Source: Synechococcus sp. A15-24 (GTDB taxonomy: Bacteria > Cyanobacteriota > Cyanobacteriia > PCC-6307 > Cyanobiaceae). Taken from it: a DNA stretch of 32,000 nucleotides. Positions 27,387 through 32,000 of this stretch are shown piece by piece. Each line of letters begins with the position of its first letter. Within the stretch, counting starts at the first letter, position 1. The stretch is from NCBI RefSeq assembly GCF_014280195.1, contig NZ_CP047960.1, positions 1,080,001 to 1,112,000 of the forward strand, read 5' to 3'. The position numbers and the translations under genes are program-made. A model generated the notes under the pieces. That model was given only the letters and a program-made list of their open reading frames with translations, did not search any database and had not been told where the DNA came from.

Positions 27387-27488
27387 ATGGCCATGCTCAT
27401 CTTCTGGCGTGATGGGTTGGAGCGTCAACTGGCTGCCCTCAATGCAACCATCGGCACGCTCCACGACCAGATGCAGCGGGATGCCTAG
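27387..27488 (+). CDS. Candidate 33-aa small protein (MAMLIFWRDGLERQLAALNATIGTLHDQMQRDA)
   Basis: AGGAG at 27376-27380 sits 6 nt upstream of ATG 27387. The peptide has amphipathic-helix character. It lies within the ORF-track 84-aa ORF, whose upstream part looks non-coding. Confidence 0.3.
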   Translation: MAMLIFWRDGLERQLAALNATIGTLHDQMQRDA

Positions 27489-28140
27489 TGGGCTGCTTGA
27501 AGTGAGCCCAGCCTGAGTTTCAGCTGTTTGAGGCCTTTTTTCACCCGTCTGTGAACGGTCATGGCGGACACTCCGAGGCTTGTGCCGACGTTGCGCAGGC
27601 TTCGGCCATCGATCACGACAGCCTTGATGGCCTGCTTTTCGTCCTCTCCAAGCTGGGCGAAGGCCAATTGAACAGAGTCACGTCGTTCAGCGTTCACCAT
27701 CATCGTCAGACCACTGCTCACTTGGGCCTGCAAGTCCTCTGGGCAAGGCAGCCATCGATTTTTGCTCCGATACAACGCCTGCACCCACTCTTCGTGGCTG
27801 TTCTTTGGCTGATGGAATTGGCTCAGTCGTTGCGCTTGCTCCTCGATCCGTCTTGGCAGGCGGACCATGGCGACACTGTCGCGTAGGTAATGAAGGATTG
27901 CTCCACGGGCGTGGACTCTGGCAAATGCCACGAACGGCACGTTCGTTACGTTCGGTATGCCTTGGTCGCCTTGATCAGACCAAGGACAGCCACCTGATAG
28001 AGGTCGTCACGGTAAAGGCCTGTTCGCTGAGAAAAGCTCCTGGCAAGCCGTTCGGCGAGGTCGAGGTGGCGCTCAACTTGTTGGTTGCGCCGATGAATTG
28101 TGGTGTTGGACACGAACAAATTAGTACCGGGAGATTGCAT
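27485..28140 (-). pseudogene. Alternative (group 3 / SigF-like) sigma-70 family factor, interrupted by a frame disruption at about 27946-27955
   Basis: ORF 27946-28140 encodes region 2.1-2.2 (DLYQVAVLGLIKATKAY) and stops at TAA. ORF 27485-27940, in a different frame, continues with region 2.3-2.4 (PFVAFARVHARGAILHYLRD), region 3, and the region 4 HTH (RSLRNVGTSLGVSAMTVHRRVKKGL). There are 20 nt between the Y and F codons, where alignment logic needs 21. Confidence 0.6.
27939..27956. repeat. Tandem 9-mer (ACGTTCGTT ACGTTCGGT) overlapping a 7-bp palindrome arm pair (27930-27946)
   Basis: Read directly. ACGAACG-GCA-CGTTCGT is followed by a second CGTTCG copy. It coincides with the sigma-factor frame break. 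Confidence 0.6.
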
Positions 28141-28193
28141 CCCGTCTGTTGTTCAAGCCATGCACATCAGTGATGGCCATTGCATCCGTGGCA

Positions 28194-29063
28194 TCACGGA
28201 TCTGCAGCCACCACCTTCTCCAATAAAGCCTCTGGGCCATTGGCTGCCAACCAGGCTCGATTCGATCGCTCGGTGCTCAGTAGATACCCCGCAAAGCCAA
28301 GGGCGTTGACGCTGTAACCGTGAACCTCGTCACAGGACCGTTTGACCAACGCCATCCATCCTGCGCTGATTAAGAGGTTGTAGGGGGCAAGAGGTTTCTC
28401 ATTCCGCTGGGTTGAACCCAGGCCGCTGTGCTGACAAAGGTCGAGGTAGACCTCCAGAAGTGCTGACCCGGACCACGTCAATGGCAATGGCTTGATGCTG
28501 ATGCTGCGTTCAAGGCTGTCCATGGGCCTTGAGCTGGACGCATCCAGAAGATGCTGCTGAAACCACGCTTCACGCGGACAAAGCCGTTCGCCCTGCTTCC
28601 GTGGCAACAGCTGTAGATGTCGATGCGGTTGGCTGGCACCTGCTTGAGGACCGCTGTTGAAGAACCAAAGCCCACCGGTGTCCTGGTTCACCTGGCAAAC
28701 CGCAGTCCAGTCCACCAATGAAAGCCAGCCCATCTGGGGTTGCCAGCTCTGGCTGATCAGCAGCATGTGGCCCAGTTGCACTGGATATTTGTTGAGGATG
28801 AGCACGTGCTCCCTACCAACGCGCGTCAGCTCGAGGCGCTGATCCCAGGGGCGGAAGGGGTTCGGTTTCGGACCTGCTGCCCTGAGGTGCCGGGGAGGGG
28901 CACCCACCAGGTGTCGAATCTCGAAGCCGCCGTCACCCGACCCGGCCCAGGTTTCGATGTCGGTGCTCAGTGGCCGAAGGGCGCCATTCTCGAGAGCATC
29001 CTGGCTGCGTTGCAGTGCCAGCTTGTGAAGTCCCTCGGCGACCATCGCGACGGAATTGGTCAT
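28194..29063 (-). CDS. ATP adenylyltransferase / Ap4A phosphorylase II-like (HIT-related) protein
   Basis: LNKYPVQLGHMLLIS and GASQPHRHLQLLP (HxHxQ-type nucleotidyl-transfer motif) in a 289-aa protein, as in the Apa2-like family. Confidence 0.7.
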   Translation of the reverse strand: MTNSVAMVAEGLHKLALQRSQDALENGALRPLSTDIETWAGSGDGGFEIRHLVGAPPRHLRAAGPKPNPFRPWDQRLELTRVGREHVLILNKYPVQLGHMLLISQSWQPQMGWLSLVDWTAVCQVNQDTGGLWFFNSGPQAGASQPHRHLQLLPRKQGERLCPREAWFQQHLLDASSSRPMDSLERSISIKPLPLTWSGSALLEVYLDLCQHSGLGSTQRNEKPLAPYNLLISAGWMALVKRSCDEVHGYSVNALGFAGYLLSTERSNRAWLAANGPEALLEKVVAADP

Positions 29064-29135
29064 GGAGATCGCGGCGATCGTAGGCGGGAGTTCCGTTCTG
29101 TTCGCTAGACGTCATGGAGTGGAACCGTTCGATCG

Positions 29136-29864
29136 ATGACGACCCTTGGCGACAGTGCTTTGACGGGTATGGCCCTGGTGGTTGGTACTGGCGGGATTGG
29201 TTCAGCTATTACGGCGCGCTTGAAGCAGCAGTGCCCGGGTCTCAGGGTGATCACCGCTGGACGGCAAGGACCGCCCGTCCAAGACCTGTCTCTCGACCTT
29301 GAACGTGACGCTGATCTTGAGGCTTTAACGGATTGTTTGCGCGCTGAGGCTGGTGACCTGCGGTTGGTAGTGAATGCCACGGGCCGATTGCATGGTCCGG
29401 GCCTTGTTCCTGAAAAGCGACTTCGACAGGTTGAGCGCAGTGCCCTGATGGAGCAGTTCACGATCAACGCCATTGCGCCGGTGTTGCTTGCTCGAGCGGT
29501 GGAACCGCTGTTGGGACGTGATCGCCCCTTCCATTTCGCCAGCCTCAGTGCCCGCGTTGGCAGCATTGGCGATAACCGCAGTGGCGGCTGGTACAGCTAC
29601 CGAGCAGCCAAGGCAGCCCAGAACCAGTTGCTTAAATCCCTCTCCATTGAATGGCGTCGTCGCTGGCCACTCGCCACAGTGACGCTTCTGCATCCAGGTA
29701 CGACGGACACGGCCCTGTCCAAACCCTTCCAAACCTTCGTTCCACCTGAGAAGTTGTTTACACCGCAGCGGGCGGCAGAGCAGCTTGTGGATGTGCTTCT
29801 CGCCCAGAGGCCGGAGGATTCAGGAGAGTTTCTGGCCTGGGACGGTCAACCGATTGATTGGTAA
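29136..29864 (+). CDS. Short-chain dehydrogenase/reductase (SDR, CsgA-like)
   Basis: Cofactor motif VVGTGGIGSAI, NAIAP, and catalytic YSYRAAKAAQN (YxxxK). Confidence 0.85.
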   Translation: MTTLGDSALTGMALVVGTGGIGSAITARLKQQCPGLRVITAGRQGPPVQDLSLDLERDADLEALTDCLRAEAGDLRLVVNATGRLHGPGLVPEKRLRQVERSALMEQFTINAIAPVLLARAVEPLLGRDRPFHFASLSARVGSIGDNRSGGWYSYRAAKAAQNQLLKSLSIEWRRRWPLATVTLLHPGTTDTALSKPFQTFVPPEKLFTPQRAAEQLVDVLLAQRPEDSGEFLAWDGQPIDW

Positions 29865-30238
29865 GCGTGCTCCTTCAGCTGCTCAAGACTCACTACGGAC
29901 AGAGCGGTGTTTTCTGTCGCTTCGAGTGACACCAGGGGCGCCATGCCGTCGTCGCAGGCCTGCTTCCAACGCGGAGCACACACGCACCAATGATCACCTG
30001 GCTTCAGTCCAGGGAACTGAAAGGCAGGGACGGGTGTTGACAGGTCGTTTCCCTGCGCCTTGCTGTAGCGGAGAAAGGCTTCGGTCATGACGCAGCAGAT
30101 GCTGTGCTGACCGAGGTCGCTGGGATCGGTTTGGCAGGTCCCGTTTCGATACCAACCGGTAATCGGTGAGCAACCGCACACCTGCAGAGGCTTCCCGAGA
30201 ACGTTGAGAGGGGCAGAAGGTGCTGTTGAGCTGGCCAT
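29846..30238 (-). CDS. DUF2237-family Cys-rich small protein
   Basis: GWYRNGTCQTDPSDLGQHSICCVMTEAFLRYSKAQGNDL....PGDHWCVCAPRW matches my memory of DUF2237. Start set at ATG 30238; the ORF-track start 30280 is possible. Confidence 0.7.
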   Translation of the reverse strand: MASSTAPSAPLNVLGKPLQVCGCSPITGWYRNGTCQTDPSDLGQHSICCVMTEAFLRYSKAQGNDLSTPVPAFQFPGLKPGDHWCVCAPRWKQACDDGMAPLVSLEATENTALSVVSLEQLKEHAYQSIG

Positions 30239-30349
30239 CCGGACAGGAATCACAGGGGCAGTCTGCCGAAGGAGTGGCACATTTTGACGTCAGACAGTTG
30301 ACGACCCCCTGGGGGAACGCGGTAAAGGTCATTCAGTCATGTCCACTCG

Positions 30350-30580
30350 ATGGATTGGGAGTTCACGGAAGACGCTGCGTTCCTGGCGCTCTGCGATGCC
30401 TTTCGCGAGAGCGGTGAGAGCTCAGCGATTGAGTTCCTGGCCAACGGTGAAGGGGCCTTTCACTTCCAGGACTTGGCCCAGAACGCCGCCGGTGAAGGAA
30501 TCGACCTCAGTGAGTCGAATGCTCTGGAGGAGTTTCAGCAGGAGGTGATCGACACCATGGAGAAGCTCTGTCAGGGGTGA
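30350..30580 (+). CDS. Hypothetical small acidic protein (76 aa)
   Basis: The ORF has a protein-like, strongly acidic composition. The competing overlapping ORF 30339-30548 is Arg/Ser-rich and looks spurious. No motif recognised. Confidence 0.4.
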   Translation: MDWEFTEDAAFLALCDAFRESGESSAIEFLANGEGAFHFQDLAQNAAGEGIDLSESNALEEFQQEVIDTMEKLCQG

Positions 30581-30614
30581 ACCCAACAGAGCCTGTGGCC
30601 GTTCAACTCCCGGA

Positions 30615-30887
30615 TCAGCCGAAGTAAAAGGCAATCTCCTTGTCCTTCAGACCGTCCCAACCGGCATCGAGCAGTCGTTGGTTCAGGCTTTCCCGGTCGA
30701 AGTGCTTCGCTCCGGTCTTCACCACCCGGTTCCGCATCGACTTGAGCACGCCGCTGCGGGCGCGCTGGCTTTCCAGGTCCATGACTTCGTTGTAGAGCGC
30801 CAGCATCGGTTTTGGGATCGGGGAACCATCGAGATCAATACCCGCCTTGATGGCGGCATCCACGCCATCGGGTCCGGCAATCGCCAT
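30615..30887 (-). CDS. Conserved-looking hypothetical protein (90 aa) immediately downstream of metH
   Basis: From ATG 30887: MAIAGPDGVDAAIKAGIDLDGSPIPKPMLALYNEVMDLE...LLDAGWDGLKDKEIAFYFG. The part of the ORF-track ORF upstream of 30887 overlaps metH in another frame and looks non-coding. It starts 26 nt after the metH stop. Confidence 0.55.
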   Translation of the reverse strand: MAIAGPDGVDAAIKAGIDLDGSPIPKPMLALYNEVMDLESQRARSGVLKSMRNRVVKTGAKHFDRESLNQRLLDAGWDGLKDKEIAFYFG

Positions 30888-30912
30888 GATCTGCTGAAAA
30901 GGGCGACTTAGG

Positions 30913-32000
30913 TTATGCGCTGAAGTAGCGGGCCTTGGTGTGCAGCGCCACCAGTGCCGTCGTGCTCTGCTCGGGGGACAGCTGATCGCTGGCATCCATC
31001 GACAGACCAATGCGGTTTGCCCCGAGCCAGAAGAGTTGCTGGCGTGAATCGGCCACGTTCGGGCAAGCGGGGTATCCAAAGGAGTAGCGACTGCCTCGGT
31101 AGCGCTGGGCCAAGACATCCCGCAGTGGCATGCCGTCCGGATCAGCAAAGCCAAGTTCGCGGCGGATGCGGGCGTGGACCCATTCCGCCATCGCTTCGGC
31201 CATCTGAACCGCCAGGCCGTGGAAGTAGAGGTAATCGCTGTATTGATCGCCCTTGAACAGCTCCTGGGCCACCTCACTGGCCTTGTCTCCCATGGTCACC
31301 GCCTGCATCGGCAGGACATCGGCCGGTCGCCTGTCGGCTGTCATGTCCTGAAAGAAGTCAGCAATGCAGTAGCGGTTGCCGGAGCGTTGGCGTGGAAGGT
31401 CGAAACGGCCAAGCTCAGTCTCTCCATTGGCATCAAAGACCCTTAGGGAATTGCCATCGCGACCGACAGGGAAATATCCGTAGGCAGCCCTTGGGGTGAG
31501 CAACGATTCCTGCAGGCATCGATCCATCCACTGCTGCAGAACCGGTTCAGCCTTCTCCTTCAACATCGCGTCGTACTCATCACGCGACTGCTGCTGGGTT
31601 TTGCGTAGTTGCCACTGTCCGGCAAACAGGGCGTTGCGATCAAGAAAGCCGAACACCTCTTCAATGTCGACGTCTGCTTCTGTGATGACAACTGACCCCA
31701 GGAATGGGGCTGAAGGTGTTGGCTCCGCCGGCACGGCTTCGGATCGATCGGTACTAACCGGCAGCTGTGGGGATGGTGCGTCCTGCTGTGACTTTTCATC
31801 AGCAGTGGAGCGTTCAACAGTCGGCGATTCAGTCTCCTCATCGAGGCCGACACCGCTTGGGGCGTCGGTGATGAAGCCTTCAAGGTTGTCCCAGTTGTCA
31901 TTGCCCTTGGCATCCATCAGGGCATCCATGAAGCGCAGATCAGCGAAGGCATCACGGCCATAGATGACCTTTCCGTTGTAGACCTCGCGGCAATCTTTCT
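30913..32000 (-). CDS. metH: Cobalamin-dependent methionine synthase, C-terminal part (AdoMet activation domain); gene continues beyond the window
   Basis: C-terminal RYRGSRYSFGYPACPNVADSRQQLFWL...STTALVALHTKARYFSA. The reading frame stays open upstream of the listed Met to the window edge (KDCREVYNGKVIYGRDAFADLRFMDAL). Confidence 0.9.
   Translation of the reverse strand, partial: KDCREVYNGKVIYGRDAFADLRFMDALMDAKGNDNWDNLEGFITDAPSGVGLDEETESPTVERSTADEKSQQDAPSPQLPVSTDRSEAVPAEPTPSAPFLGSVVITEADVDIEEVFGFLDRNALFAGQWQLRKTQQQSRDEYDAMLKEKAEPVLQQWMDRCLQESLLTPRAAYGYFPVGRDGNSLRVFDANGETELGRFDLPRQRSGNRYCIADFFQDMTADRRPADVLPMQAVTMGDKASEVAQELFKGDQYSDYLYFHGLAVQMAEAMAEWVHARIRRELGFADPDGMPLRDVLAQRYRGSRYSFGYPACPNVADSRQQLFWLGANRIGLSMDASDQLSPEQSTTALVALHTKARYFSA

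Noticed and set aside
27940-27957. Programmed ribosomal frameshifting as the explanation for the split sigma factor
   Set aside because: Restoring the frame needs a -1 shift, but there is no X XXY YYZ slippery heptamer. The RF2-like +1 context would lead into the wrong frame. A 1-nt indel, real or artefactual, is the simpler explanation.
30339-30548. 69-aa ORF MSTRWIGSSRKTLRSW... overlapping the acidic 76-aa ORF
   Set aside because: Its Arg/Ser/Trp-rich composition is typical of an off-frame translation. The alternative frame (30350-30580) looks more protein-like.
31650-31900. Acidic/Pro-rich low-complexity segment in MetH, considered as a possible insertion
   Set aside because: It corresponds in position and approximate length to the normal linker between the B12-binding and AdoMet-activation domains of MetH, so it is not an extra insertion.
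1-32000. Search for CRISPR arrays, IS/transposase or integrase genes, prophage remnants, a tRNA-flanked island or defence systems
   Set aside because: No regularly spaced direct repeats, no recombinase or transposase motifs and no direct repeat of the tRNA 3' end were seen. The genes flanking the tRNA are ordinary core genes. HIP1 (GCGATCGC) occurs only sporadically (for example 3602, about 4903, about 13875) and was not considered notable.

Overview
The window reads as a densely packed core-genome segment of a high-GC marine picocyanobacterium (Synechococcus-like). This is inferred from gene content: apcD, cemA/pxcA, a ycf20-like gene, a plant-type glycerate kinase and a 2-Cys peroxiredoxin.

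Most of the window is housekeeping. It holds rpmF, rpmG, rpsR, metG, pheT, one tRNA with a CAU anticodon, an FtsH protease, an RNase II-family exoribonuclease, rRNA and tRNA methyltransferases, cobU and the 3' part of metH. Many neighbouring genes share start/stop overlaps (ATGA and similar), and several convergent pairs overlap at their 3' ends.

I saw no CRISPR array, transposase, integrase, phage gene or recognisable defence or toxin-antitoxin module. I cannot honestly claim a clear new system here. The loci most worth a second look are:
- A roughly 0.53 kb low-GC, ORF-poor, hairpin-rich spacer between apcD and a J-domain gene (24039-24569). It is a candidate sRNA locus or a decayed islet.
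- An alternative sigma-factor gene split by a 1-nt frame disruption exactly at a 9-mer tandem repeat and palindrome (about 27930-27957).
- An FtsH paralogue that seems to lack the first transmembrane helix and is ATGA-coupled to a 906-aa UPF0182-type membrane protein of unknown function.
- An operon of a secreted DUF3370-like protein plus a protein with an RHH-like N-terminus and a C-terminal J-domain.
- A 58-aa rpmF gene missing from the ORF track, which removes the 5' end of the long FtsH ORF.

All family assignments come from reading motifs and from memory. No database search was possible.
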